A stretch of 64,000 nt of DNA, from positions 32,001-96,000 of the IMG/VR virus record IMGVR_UViG_3300033146_001382; one strand, 5' to 3'. Origin of the DNA: a virus. The notes below the pieces were generated by a model. It worked only from the letters and a program-made list of their open reading frames with translations, was not told the DNA's origin and did not search any database. A program made the position numbers and the translations under genes. Shown here piece after piece: positions 1-9,753 of the stretch (positions are counted from its first letter, which is position 1; each line of letters starts with the position of its first letter).

Positions 1-2
1 AA

Positions 3-482
3 GTTTACTTATTGGATATGTGCTTAGATGACGCTTTAAAATTTAAAGAATTAATAGGGTTTAGATTAAAAAGAAAACAATTTATATTAAATAATTATTT
101 TCATAAAAAAGAACTTAACGTAGATAAAACTACTATACCGTATGCATTACAATTGTGTTACTCCATAACACAATACTACCATAATAAATATATCACTTCT
201 AAAAAACCCCCATTTAACATACGAATTACTAATAAAAAAGAGATAACTTACGATAGGTTAACTAGGTTTTTATCTCAATGTGAAGATATTGAACTTGCTG
301 GATTTAGTCTTATAGAGGTAAGAGAGGACATTTATAAATTAAAAGAGATACTAAAATATAATTACTATTTTGATACTGTTATTTCAATAGATGACTGGAA
401 AGGTGATTGTTACGATTTTGAAATGAATATGGAAACTGATGTTGAGCCAAATTATTTTTCTAATGGGTTTATAGCCCATAAT
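3..482 (+). mobile_element. Intein, C-terminal part (LAGLIDADG-type endonuclease tail plus C-terminal splicing blocks)
   Basis: YDFEMNMETDVEPNYFSNGFIAHN followed by Thr (His-Asn at 477-482, Thr at 483-485) is a canonical block F/G junction. The upstream FKELIGFRLKRKQ resembles the end of intein homing endonucleases. Confidence 0.88.
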
Positions 483-2033
483 ACTTTTATGTTAGGTACT
501 TTAGCAGCATTAAGTTGTTTACTATACCCAGGCTATAGAGTAGGTCTAATTGGCCCAGTCTTTAGACAATCAAAAATGATTTTTTCAGAAGTTGAAAAAT
601 TGTATGATCAGTCACCCATTCTACGAGAAGCTACTGCTAAAAAACCTACTAGGGGGTCTGATACATGTTATTTAAAATTTAAATCTGTAGCAGGCAAGAC
701 TCCATCATATATCGAAGGACTTCCTCTAGGAGATGGTAGTAAGATTCGTGGATCTAGATTTTATTTAATACTTATAGATGAGTTGGCACAAATACCAGAT
801 CAAACACTTGATATGGTTGTACGTCCAATGGGGGCTACAGCCTTAGCACCAATGGAGAGAGTTAGACGTCTAGAAGAGCAAACAAGGCTAATAAAAGCAG
901 GACTAGCTGTAGAAGAAGACTTCCAAGAAGAGAAAGTAAATAAGATGGTTATGACTTCTTCAGGTTACTATAAGTTTAACCATATGTGGCGAAGAATGAA
1001 GGATCATTGGAAAATGATGGTAGAGTATGAGGCTAAGGGTGAGGAATGCCCTTACTCTGTTTGGCAAGTCCCTTATTGGGATCTACCTGATGGGTTTTTA
1101 GATAAAGCTAATATTGCTGAAGCTAAACGTATAATGTCGTCACATGAGTACAGTATGGAGTATGAAGCCGCTATGGTGTCCGATTCAGAAGGTTTTTTTA
1201 AAGCTTCTTTATTAGAAGAATGTACTATAGACTCTGATTTTACTACTCTTCATAAAGGTGATCCAAATAAGAGTTATGTAATTGGTGTAGACCCTAATCA
1301 AGGGGGATCAGCTAGTTGTGGTGTTATAGTTACTGAAATGGGTAAACCTAACAAAATTGTAAGTGTGTTAGAATTGATGTCAAAGACTACTCAGGGATTG
1401 ACACAAGCAGTGCAATCTTTATGTGATCAGTATAAAGTAATAAGAATATTTATGGATAGAGGTGGTGGAGGTAAAGCCATCATGGATCTACTAGAAGAAG
1501 GTTATGGTAATGTTGAACCTATTATAGATAGAGGTAATCCTGATAATATTCATAAAGATGGTAGACATATTTTAGAAATGGTTAATTTTAATCCTTCTTG
1601 GATTTCTGATGCCAATTTTACTACTAAATCTATGTTTGAAGATAAGAGTTTAAGATTTCCAGAATTAACTGTGAGCGCCAACGATTTAATGGCAAGGACA
1701 TATGAGTCTATAACTACATTAAAATCTCAATTATTAAGTATAGTTGTAACACAAACTTCTACTGGCATCTTACATTTTGATACTCCCACTAAAAGTATGA
1801 ATAAGGATTTATATTCTGCTTTGATACTTGCAGCACATGGTATTAGAATGGTGGAAAGGGAACTAGAAGAAGGGGAAGAACCCATACTACATAATGATAG
1901 TGGTTTATTTAGAAGTCGTACTGGTAGTCAGGGGTTTAATTACTTAGGTTCGGCTGGTAATATGGGCCTAGGGGCACCACCTATAGGTAGATTTGGTTTG
2001 GGTTCTGCCGTGTTACATAGGAAGAAAAAGTAA
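3..2033 (+). CDS. terL: Terminase large subunit, 5'-partial, interrupted by an intein
   Basis: The frame is open to the window edge (VYLLDMC...). After the intein C-terminal junction (HN|T) come terminase ATPase motifs (RVGLIGPVFRQSKMIF; Walker B RGSRFYLILIDE; MTSS motif) and an RNase H-like nuclease (YVIGVDP, IFMDRGGGG, KDLYSA). It lies directly upstream of the portal. Confidence 0.92.
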   Translation, partial: VYLLDMCLDDALKFKELIGFRLKRKQFILNNYFHKKELNVDKTTIPYALQLCYSITQYYHNKYITSKKPPFNIRITNKKEITYDRLTRFLSQCEDIELAGFSLIEVREDIYKLKEILKYNYYFDTVISIDDWKGDCYDFEMNMETDVEPNYFSNGFIAHNTFMLGTLAALSCLLYPGYRVGLIGPVFRQSKMIFSEVEKLYDQSPILREATAKKPTRGSDTCYLKFKSVAGKTPSYIEGLPLGDGSKIRGSRFYLILIDELAQIPDQTLDMVVRPMGATALAPMERVRRLEEQTRLIKAGLAVEEDFQEEKVNKMVMTSSGYYKFNHMWRRMKDHWKMMVEYEAKGEECPYSVWQVPYWDLPDGFLDKANIAEAKRIMSSHEYSMEYEAAMVSDSEGFFKASLLEECTIDSDFTTLHKGDPNKSYVIGVDPNQGGSASCGVIVTEMGKPNKIVSVLELMSKTTQGLTQAVQSLCDQYKVIRIFMDRGGGGKAIMDLLEEGYGNVEPIIDRGNPDNIHKDGRHILEMVNFNPSWISDANFTTKSMFEDKSLRFPELTVSANDLMARTYESITTLKSQLLSIVVTQTSTGILHFDTPTKSMNKDLYSALILAAHGIRMVERELEEGEEPILHNDSGLFRSRTGSQGFNYLGSAGNMGLGAPPIGRFGLGSAVLHRKKK

Positions 2034-2038
2034 TAAAC

Positions 2039-2058
2039 TAACCTCTTTATTAAATAGA
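2039..2058 (+). promoter_or_regulatory. Candidate phage promoter motif (TAACC-N11-TAGA variant)
   Basis: aactaacc-tctttattaaa-taga lies just after the terL stop and resembles the copies at 5215, 8858, 16371 and 59976. Confidence 0.4.
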
Positions 2059-2171
2059 GCAATTACAATAATTATAATATGGTAGGGTTACAGTAAGTAG
2101 TGATGAAAATTAAGTTAAAGTTTACAAACACTGTTCCCTACCATAATTTTATATAAAAGGAGAATTACACT

Positions 2172-2378
2172 ATGGCAGATGATAAAGTAAGAAATGATTT
2201 TACTGCACCTCCTTGGTGGCTAACACCAGCTTCTAATGATTATACTAAACATAGGACTGGAGCTATAAGTTATACTATGGATGATTTAATTGGTAGGAAT
2301 GATACTACTAAATATAAGCCTGTAACTAGTGATCCTGCTACTGATACATCAGGGGCTGGAGATTTGCTAACTTCTTAG
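2172..2378 (+). CDS. Small hypothetical protein (68 aa)
   Basis: ORF with RBS AAAAGGAG, between terminase and portal. Confidence 0.7.
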   Translation: MADDKVRNDFTAPPWWLTPASNDYTKHRTGAISYTMDDLIGRNDTTKYKPVTSDPATDTSGAGDLLTS

Positions 2379-2387
2379 GATTAAAAA

Positions 2388-4394
2388 ATGACAAATGAAA
2401 TTATAGATACACATAAACTTACTGCAGAGCTTCAACAAAAATATCCTAATGCTGGTATTCAATCAGTCGATATAGATGAAACTACTGGTAAATCTACTTT
2501 TACTTTAATACCTAATAAACAGAATCTAGCTTTTATAGATAAACCTGGAATAGCTATAAAACCACATGTTCATTCTGAATCAGCTGCTACCATTAGCCGG
2601 GATTTTATGTCTAGGCAGACGTTGGATTTAGCTGTAAGCAAAAGCCCGTATGATGAAGATCCTAAAGCTCTTTTTAAAAAAGCGGATGAATTATACTATA
2701 CTGATCCATTACTAGGTTCAACTATTAATATTTTAGCCTCATTAGCTATGAAAGGGTTTGAAAATGATATTGATGATGCTAATATAAAACAATTTTTTGA
2801 TACCTGGACTTTTGATGTTAATTTTGATGAGCTTTTGGAATGGATATTTTTAGATTTTTTTAAAATAGGTCACGTTACAACATATAAAGTACTTGCTAAG
2901 TATGAGCCACGTGTATCGCACCTTTCCCCAGTTCCTGGTCAAAAAACAAAAGTTTCTAAATCACCTAAAGCGAAAGCAGAACAAGAAAGATTATTTAAAT
3001 TACATGCTAAATTTGAAAATATAAAAAAAGCTGAAGTAAAGGCTATTGTGGCACAAGCTAAAGCTAGTGGAGTATCACAAAAGGATTTAGCTAAATTTGA
3101 ACAAGCAGCCAAGAAAAATATATGGTCTAAAGGCCATTTACCGGTAGCTTACACTGTATTAAATCCACAATTAGTCACTATTGAAGGTAATTTATTATTT
3201 GATAATGTAGCAGTTAAATTGACTCCCCCACAAGAATTAGGTCAACTACTAAAGAAACCTTCTTCTAAATTAACTGAAGAGGAGAAAGCACTTATTAAAG
3301 CTTTACCTAAAGAGATAAAGGCAGCTGCAGAAAAGGGTGGAGATTTCCAACTAGACTCTAGGCTAGTTAATACTGTAACCTATAGAAAACAACCTTATGA
3401 GAGATATGCTAGACCGAGAGCTACTAGAGTATTTGATACTATTAATTATAAACAACAATTAAAGAATGCAGATATCAGTACATTGGATGGTATTTCTAAT
3501 TATATACTGAAAATAACTATAGGTAATGATGAGTTCCCAGTCACAAAACAGGCTGAGTTAGAGACTGTAGCTAAATTATTTGATACTCCATCTAAATCAT
3601 TTGATGTAGTGTGGAACCATACTTTAGATATTCAAAAAATTGTTTCACCTGAGATAGAGTCTATTTTAGGGCAAGATAAGTATAAGCAAGTCAATGAAGA
3701 TATGACTGGTGGTTTAGCTATTTCTAGGGCTATAGTAGATGGTGCTGGGGATACTAACACAGCAGAAATAGGGCTTCTTACTAAAGGTATAATGGAGGAA
3801 ATTAATTATGCTCGCCGCCAAGTAGAAAAATGGATATATAAAGAGTATAGACAAATAAGTGAGGCTATGGGTTTTGATAGGTTCCCAAAGGTTAGATGGG
3901 ACGATTCAGTATTACGTGATGAAGTATTATATATGAGTACTTTAAGTTCATTAGTGGATAGAAGGATGCTTAGTTATAATACTGCTCTAGAGGCACTAGG
4001 GTTTGATTATGAGACAGAGCTTAAAAATATGCAAACTGAGCTACCGTTGGTAGAAGATGGTATTTTTGGTATATTAGGAAGTCCATTTCAGCAGGCAGCT
4101 ACAGGTCCAGGTATCCAACCTAAACAAAAATCACCTACTGGTACCCCTAGTAAGGGTAGACCTGCAGGGGAAACTAAAACAAAGAAAACTAAGAATACTG
4201 ATCCAAGTAAGCAGCCAGGAAAAAAACCAACTAAACCTAAAAAAACAGCATCATTAGTGGCTAACAGTGAGGAACTTAGAAATATGTCTAAAGAAGCTTG
4301 GAAGTATTTTTTAAGTGGAGCTAGAAGTGAACTTTCAGATCGTGATTATGTTAGTTTTTTGGACACTGTGAGTAAGATAAGGTTTGGTAGTTAG
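2388..4394 (+). CDS. Portal protein
   Basis: Position between terL and protease; size 668 aa; portal-like segments DPLLGSTINILASLAMKGF...IFLDFFKIGHV, YRKQPYERYARP and MGFDRFPKVRWD; Lys/Pro-rich C-terminal tail. Confidence 0.85.
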   Translation: MTNEIIDTHKLTAELQQKYPNAGIQSVDIDETTGKSTFTLIPNKQNLAFIDKPGIAIKPHVHSESAATISRDFMSRQTLDLAVSKSPYDEDPKALFKKADELYYTDPLLGSTINILASLAMKGFENDIDDANIKQFFDTWTFDVNFDELLEWIFLDFFKIGHVTTYKVLAKYEPRVSHLSPVPGQKTKVSKSPKAKAEQERLFKLHAKFENIKKAEVKAIVAQAKASGVSQKDLAKFEQAAKKNIWSKGHLPVAYTVLNPQLVTIEGNLLFDNVAVKLTPPQELGQLLKKPSSKLTEEEKALIKALPKEIKAAAEKGGDFQLDSRLVNTVTYRKQPYERYARPRATRVFDTINYKQQLKNADISTLDGISNYILKITIGNDEFPVTKQAELETVAKLFDTPSKSFDVVWNHTLDIQKIVSPEIESILGQDKYKQVNEDMTGGLAISRAIVDGAGDTNTAEIGLLTKGIMEEINYARRQVEKWIYKEYRQISEAMGFDRFPKVRWDDSVLRDEVLYMSTLSSLVDRRMLSYNTALEALGFDYETELKNMQTELPLVEDGIFGILGSPFQQAATGPGIQPKQKSPTGTPSKGRPAGETKTKKTKNTDPSKQPGKKPTKPKKTASLVANSEELRNMSKEAWKYFLSGARSELSDRDYVSFLDTVSKIRFGS

Positions 4395-4421
4395 TCAGTA
4401 CAAAAATTATGGAGGGGACTA

Positions 4422-5549
4422 ATGGAAAAATATAAATTTTATTTAACTGCTAATATAAATATGGCAGAAGAAACAGAGGATTTAAAAAAAGAGGCAGCAT
4501 CAGTAATAAATTTACCTCAGGGTGCGGATAAACAACCAGACTTGAGTTATTTTTCAGCTATATTGGTTTCTACAGGGACTAATTTAAATAACGCTTGTTT
4601 TTTAGGTAGTGAGTTAGTTGCTGCAAAAGACACTATAGTTAGTAAAGCAATGGATATAGAACATGAAGAGCAAGATATAATTGGTCACATTTATTCTAGT
4701 GCTTTTACTGATGATTCTGGTGAATTTTTGAATACTATAGAGCTATCTTCTACTGAAACAGCTACTTTAGATACAAAAGATATGCATATACAGATAGGAT
4801 CTGTTGTGTATAAAAATAGGTTTGCTGATATTGCAAAAGAAATAGCAAATAATGAATGGTCTGTAAGTATGGAATGCTATTATAAGGATTTTGATATTAA
4901 GGTTGGTGACATGATTATCCCTAAGGAGGCAGCAGCAACATTAGGAATAGAAATAGCAGATGAGGCTATTTATGGTAATCATGCGAAGGTCTTTAGTAAA
5001 GGAATAGAGGTAGCAGAAGGTACAGTAGCCAGAGTATTAAGAGGAATATGTTTTTCAGGTTGTGGGATAGTTAAAAACCCTGCTAATCCTTCTTCAGTGG
5101 TTTTAGAAACTGCTAAAGATATTAGTACGGATGATTATTTAGTGTTTAATTTAGATTTACTAAATACTACTAGTAATGCTCCAGAAGAACCACAAACTAT
5201 TGAAAGTATTAATGTAACCTCTAAAGAGATAGAAGATAAACATCAACAAAAAGAAGTTTCTGATTTAGATTATAACGACACGGTAGGTATATGTGTTAGT
5301 TACAAAAAACGATTGGAAGATAAAGATGGTACGTTAGTACATGAGAAATGGTGTACTGAATTCTCGCAGATTTGTGCTTCTACATTTTTAGGAGATGCCT
5401 CTGACCAAGGTTGTCTTAGAAATAAGGTGCTTCAAACTGCAGCTTCATACGTTGAACATCTTTTTAAAAGTAAACGAACTGAGGATATTACAGTAACTTC
5501 ATTGGCTCGTTTACAGTCTGCTATAAATAAAGCAGATAAAGTAATTTAA
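4422..5549 (+). CDS. Prohead (capsid maturation) protease
   Basis: DIEH...IIGHI, WSVSMEC and FSGCGIVKNPANPSS match HK97/assemblin-type prohead proteases; position after the portal. Confidence 0.8.
   Translation: MEKYKFYLTANINMAEETEDLKKEAASVINLPQGADKQPDLSYFSAILVSTGTNLNNACFLGSELVAAKDTIVSKAMDIEHEEQDIIGHIYSSAFTDDSGEFLNTIELSSTETATLDTKDMHIQIGSVVYKNRFADIAKEIANNEWSVSMECYYKDFDIKVGDMIIPKEAAATLGIEIADEAIYGNHAKVFSKGIEVAEGTVARVLRGICFSGCGIVKNPANPSSVVLETAKDISTDDYLVFNLDLLNTTSNAPEEPQTIESINVTSKEIEDKHQQKEVSDLDYNDTVGICVSYKKRLEDKDGTLVHEKWCTEFSQICASTFLGDASDQGCLRNKVLQTAASYVEHLFKSKRTEDITVTSLARLQSAINKADKVI
5215..5233 (+). promoter_or_regulatory. Candidate phage promoter motif TAACC-N10-TAGA (inside the protease gene)
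   Basis: attaatgtaacc-tctaaagaga-taga, upstream of the scaffold/capsid block. Confidence 0.4.
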
Positions 5550-5573
5550 CTATTAGTATAAGGAGGAGTTAAT

Positions 5574-5999
5574 ATGCCACAATTAGGACAGGCTCAAACA
5601 GGTTCACTTAGAAGCACACCTAAGCAACTGAAAATGACAGCTTCAGATAAAGCTGCAGCAGTGTATAAAAATATGGGTAACAACCATAACGTACCATTTA
5701 TTTGGTCAGCTTCTGCAACTGTTTCAGGTACTGCAACAGAAGTAGAATTGGCTAACGGTCTTAAATTCTATGATATGGATTTAGCAAGTTATGCTGTTGT
5801 AACAGCAACACCTACTTCAGACCCAGGCGACACGTACTGGGTAGAACATAACACTAGCACTAATACTATTAAATTAGTAGTAGGAAGTGCTGTAGCTAGT
5901 GATGTAGAGTTCAATGTTATGTTTATGTTAGGCGCACCTATTGATGTAAGTACATTGAGTACTAGAGGTTTAGGCGCACCAGCGCAGAGTTATCCGTAA
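5574..5999 (+). CDS. Putative head-associated structural protein (141 aa)
   Basis: Strong RBS AAGGAGGAG; beta-rich sequence; lies within the head gene block. Confidence 0.55.
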   Translation: MPQLGQAQTGSLRSTPKQLKMTASDKAAAVYKNMGNNHNVPFIWSASATVSGTATEVELANGLKFYDMDLASYAVVTATPTSDPGDTYWVEHNTSTNTIKLVVGSAVASDVEFNVMFMLGAPIDVSTLSTRGLGAPAQSYP

Positions 6000-6102
6000 T
6001 TAATAAGTTAATAACAAATGGTTTTATTGAATTACCCAGGTTGGTAACCTAAAGTAACAAAAAATAACATGATTTTAATTATATAAGGAGGAAAACCTTA
6101 CT

Positions 6103-6825
6103 ATGGACGAAGCATTGAAGAAAGATATTGAAAATATGGTAAAGACCATCTTTTCTGATAAAGAAGAAGCTAGTCAGATGCAAAAAACTCAAGACGCTTT
6201 AAATGAGTCAGCAGAGACTATTGAGGCTTTAACTAATACTTTAGAAGAGACTAATACAGAGCTGGCTAATGTCAAAGATTTGGCAAAAGAGGATGCAGCT
6301 ACTAAGGATTCTAAAATTTCCGAACTTACTACTGAACTAGAGGCAGTTCAAACTAAGTTGGGTACAGCAGAGGCAGATTTACTTGTTTCTGAGGAGTCTT
6401 TAATTAACATTAAAAAAGACCGTTTGGCAGAAGCTAGAATGGTAGAATTACAAGAAGCTAAGGTAGCAATGGAGAATAATTTGGAAGTTCAGACTGCGAA
6501 AGTAAGAGAATTTTCAGATGAAGAGTTTGCTACATATAAAGAAGATAGAATTGAGCTTAGAGATTCAGTTAAGAAAGAACTAGAAGCTGCAGCTACTGCT
6601 GCCGCTGCTGAAAATAGTAATACAGGTGAAGAAAATACTCAAGAGAACACTGAAACAGCCTCTACTGAAGAGGGTAACAACACACCACCTGTAGAAGTAG
6701 CTCCTGGCCAAGCTATGGCTGCTGCTATGAATTTTGAAAATAATCCATCAGATGACATGGTGAGTAAGTATGAGGCAATGGGTAAAGCCATGGCCGCTAG
6801 TTTAGCACCTAAGTCCGATAATTAA
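6103..6825 (+). CDS. Capsid scaffolding protein
   Basis: Acidic, E/A/K-rich coiled coil of 240 aa between protease and capsid genes; RBS AAGGAGG. Confidence 0.7.
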   Translation: MDEALKKDIENMVKTIFSDKEEASQMQKTQDALNESAETIEALTNTLEETNTELANVKDLAKEDAATKDSKISELTTELEAVQTKLGTAEADLLVSEESLINIKKDRLAEARMVELQEAKVAMENNLEVQTAKVREFSDEEFATYKEDRIELRDSVKKELEAAATAAAAENSNTGEENTQENTETASTEEGNNTPPVEVAPGQAMAAAMNFENNPSDDMVSKYEAMGKAMAASLAPKSDN

Positions 6826-6843
6826 TAAGGAGGAAGAAAAGGT

Positions 6844-7473
6844 ATGTTTATTCCTAGACATTCAGTTGTAGAAAATCAATTTTGTAGTTATACCGAGTCT
6901 AATACATTCGGCGGAGCAGGTACAGGTGATGTAGTAGCATATGCAGGTTCAGTAGTTTATCTAGATCCAGCAGCTGCTAATGAAGAGCCAATGGTAAAAG
7001 CCATGGCTGGTGTTGTAACTCAAGCTCCTTTTGGTTTTATGATGCAAAAAGTTAAAGTAGGGTATCATAATGTACATCCTACTGGGTTTGTTATGCCAGG
7101 TGATTTAGGCTCTAGTGATGCAATAGCACAGCCATTATATAATACTGCTGGCGCTATAGTAGGTCATAAGTCTGTACCAGTAGGTATAGCTCATCTTGGT
7201 ATATTTGATACTGTTCATTATATATGTGAAGCTGCCGGTGGTACAGCTAGTGCAAAAATGGCTCCAGGGCAATCTTTGTATGCAGCGTCTTATCAAGCTA
7301 GAGTTACAAATTCTAGTAATAATACTCCAGCAGATGATGCTACGGGTGATACAGGTGAGAGAGCTTCTAATACAGTTGTTGCTAGAGTTGTTAAAGGGGC
7401 TAGTTTGGCTAAATGCCAAGCAAATATGGATAATGTAACACTCTATCCGATTAGAATGAAATTACTTGTTTGA
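6844..7473 (+). CDS. Capsid decoration (cement) protein
   Basis: 209 aa, Gly/Ala-rich, immediately before the major capsid gene; RBS AAGGAGG. Confidence 0.6.
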   Translation: MFIPRHSVVENQFCSYTESNTFGGAGTGDVVAYAGSVVYLDPAAANEEPMVKAMAGVVTQAPFGFMMQKVKVGYHNVHPTGFVMPGDLGSSDAIAQPLYNTAGAIVGHKSVPVGIAHLGIFDTVHYICEAAGGTASAKMAPGQSLYAASYQARVTNSSNNTPADDATGDTGERASNTVVARVVKGASLAKCQANMDNVTLYPIRMKLLV

Positions 7474-7540
7474 TAAAAAAGTTGGATTAATGTATTTTTA
7501 TAATACATCCAAAATTACTAAATATTAGGAGGAAGTATAA

Positions 7541-8608
7541 ATGGAAAGACAAGAAATGATGGAATTGTTCAAAGCTACTTCAGAGATAAATACCCCTGAA
7601 GGGATGGCTGCATACCGTGCGTTTGCTGCTGCTTTGACTACACCAATATTACAGAAAATTGAGTTAGACTCTATAATGAGGAATCTCTTTACTGTGGAAA
7701 GACTAGGTCCAGGAGCTCAGGCTGTTTATCCAGTGGCGGAAGATTTTGAGATCCCAGTTTGGGTACTACCCGGATTAGGATATGTAGCACAGAACTTTAT
7801 TGAAGGTATCGGTGAAGAGGTATACGTTCCTACGTTTACTATTGACGCTGCTGCTGATTGGAAAATAACGTATGCGCGTGATTCCAGAATAGATATTGCT
7901 TCTAGAGCTGCAAATCGTGCCGCAAAAGATCTAGCGAATTATGAGGAAGAGTGTGGATGGCGTGTAATTATGCCAGCTGCTACTTCTGCTTTCTCAGGTA
8001 AGGGGCTATTAGGCTCTAGACCAGCACCAATTTATGAAATAAATCCTGCTGCACAAGGTGCAGGATATTTATCTAAAGAGTTGATTAATAAAATGATAGT
8101 CGGATTTAAACGATTAGGTAGAACACTTACTGATTTGTATGTATCTCCAGAAGATGCTGCAGATATCAGAGAGTGGACTGATACTGATATAGATCCTATT
8201 ACTCGTAGAGAGATCTTTCAGGCTTCCGGTATGGGAAGTCTTTGGAATGTATCACTTCATGAAATTCAACATTTGGGTGCTACAGGTATGTTTAATATTA
8301 ATGGCGACGGTTCAGCTTATGGAAAATTCACAGCACCGGGTAATGTTTATAATGGGTATACACTAGACAACCCCAATATTACTGCAGCTGATGGCACCGT
8401 AGGCACTTTAGGTGAAACACAAATTCTTGGTTTTGACCTGAGTATGAATGATTCTCTAGTTATGCCAATACGTAAAGAGTATGAAGCACATGATGATCCT
8501 ACATTACTTCGTGTGCAGAAACAAGGATTTTTTGGATGGGCAGAGTTGGGTTTTGCGTGTCTAGATAGTAGAATGCTTGGTATGGGTATTATAGATAGAA
8601 GTTTATAA
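7541..8608 (+). CDS. Major capsid protein (HK97 fold)
   Basis: 355 aa; position; HK97-type segments (IMRNLFTVERLGPGAQAVYPV, LYVSPEDAADI, QGFFGWAELGFACLD); RBS AGGAGG; a hairpin follows. Confidence 0.85.
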   Translation: MERQEMMELFKATSEINTPEGMAAYRAFAAALTTPILQKIELDSIMRNLFTVERLGPGAQAVYPVAEDFEIPVWVLPGLGYVAQNFIEGIGEEVYVPTFTIDAAADWKITYARDSRIDIASRAANRAAKDLANYEEECGWRVIMPAATSAFSGKGLLGSRPAPIYEINPAAQGAGYLSKELINKMIVGFKRLGRTLTDLYVSPEDAADIREWTDTDIDPITRREIFQASGMGSLWNVSLHEIQHLGATGMFNINGDGSAYGKFTAPGNVYNGYTLDNPNITAADGTVGTLGETQILGFDLSMNDSLVMPIRKEYEAHDDPTLLRVQKQGFFGWAELGFACLDSRMLGMGIIDRSL

Positions 8609-8620
8609 TTTTTAGTGATA

Positions 8621-8662
8621 ACAGTACCTTATATAGTTTTAATTAATTATATAAGGTATTGT
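8621..8662 (+). terminator. Long hairpin after the major capsid gene (terminator or mRNA stabiliser)
   Basis: acagtaccttatata (8621-8635) pairs with tatataaggtattgt (8648-8662): a 15-bp stem with one G-U pair. There is no clear U-tract. Confidence 0.55.
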
Positions 8663-8857
8663 TATATAAGTAATACCTGTATTTTATTAATGTAAATATT
8701 TTTTCTAACTATTCATAGTATAATAGGGACAGAATTAGTATATCAAGTTAAACAATTCAGATGGGGGCCATAATATTATTTTTATTTCAACATCTTATAG
8801 TCAAAAATATTAATGGTTACATCCATAAAATATATTTGTTTAACTTAAGTAATTAAC

Positions 8858-8876
8858 TAACCATCTAATAGTTAGA
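8858..8876 (+). promoter_or_regulatory. Candidate phage promoter motif TAACC-N10-TAGA
   Basis: aattaactaacc-atctaatagt-taga abuts the ATG at 8876, which has no obvious RBS (possibly a leaderless transcript). Confidence 0.45.
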
Positions 8877-9181
8877 TGAGAATACTATTGATAATATTTG
8901 CTGCAATAATTTTTACTGAGGCCATTACTGAACTAGTAGTTAAATCAGAGCTATTTGAACCTTTAAGGAGATCTTTATTTGAGTCTAAGTATAAAGTTTT
9001 AAGATTCATACATAGTATTCTGGATTGTGGGTATTGTTTTTCAGTATGGGCAGCAACTATATCATCAGTATTATTATTTGCTCTAGATAATAAGATAATA
9101 AATTTTTTTATAATGTGTATCATTGTACATCGTTTGTCTAATTTACTCCATTTTATAATTGATAGAGTAAGAGGGCAATAA
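8876..9181 (+). CDS. Small membrane protein, DUF1360-like
   Basis: Three hydrophobic segments and ILDCGYCFSVW, similar to the CxxCxSxW motif of DUF1360-type proteins. Confidence 0.6.
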   Translation: MRILLIIFAAIIFTEAITELVVKSELFEPLRRSLFESKYKVLRFIHSILDCGYCFSVWAATISSVLLFALDNKIINFFIMCIIVHRLSNLLHFIIDRVRGQ

Positions 9182-9235
9182 TTTTAAAGATTTAAAAGGA
9201 CAAGGTAAAATCAAACAGAAAAGGAGAATTTTAGT

Positions 9236-9721
9236 ATGGAAGGTTTCGTAAAAAATAAATCGTCAGAGTGGGCATATGCAATGAAACGTTCAATTAGACC
9301 TGGAGGTGAAATACCATTAAAGGAACTATATGAACAGTATGGAAAAAAATATGATATGTTACCAGATGAGACGTTTGTTAATTGGTTGAAAGACATTAAA
9401 TTACAAGGTTCAGATAGATGGGATATAGTATTTGATTTTAAAGACACTGAGGTAAAAACAAGTACTTCTAGTACTGCTACACCCAATAAAAGTCTTAGTA
9501 ATCCATCTAATACTGATTTTACCTCCTCAGTAGCTGTTAAACAGCTACAAGTAGAGGATATTGTTAATTTAACAGTTAGAAAGGCTAGGGGCATTCTACC
9601 TAGAGTAATGGATCTAAATTTGTTAAAATATTCTTTAACAGAAGCACGACAGCTATCAGATAAGGATAGTTTATGTAGGTTATTACAAAAGAGAGTAAAA
9701 GAATTACAGATTTCTAGATAA
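9236..9721 (+). CDS. Hypothetical protein (161 aa)
   Basis: ORF with RBS AAAGGAG; two small domains separated by an S/T-rich linker. Confidence 0.7.
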   Translation: MEGFVKNKSSEWAYAMKRSIRPGGEIPLKELYEQYGKKYDMLPDETFVNWLKDIKLQGSDRWDIVFDFKDTEVKTSTSSTATPNKSLSNPSNTDFTSSVAVKQLQVEDIVNLTVRKARGILPRVMDLNLLKYSLTEARQLSDKDSLCRLLQKRVKELQISR

Positions 9722-9753
9722 CTATAATTAAAATAATAGGCGGGGTAGTATAA

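Noticed and set aside
7482-7512. Bulged hairpin (ttgga...tgtatt / aatacatccaa) upstream of the major capsid gene
   Set aside because: AT-rich with a 4-nt bulge, so weak; it cannot be distinguished from background without folding statistics.
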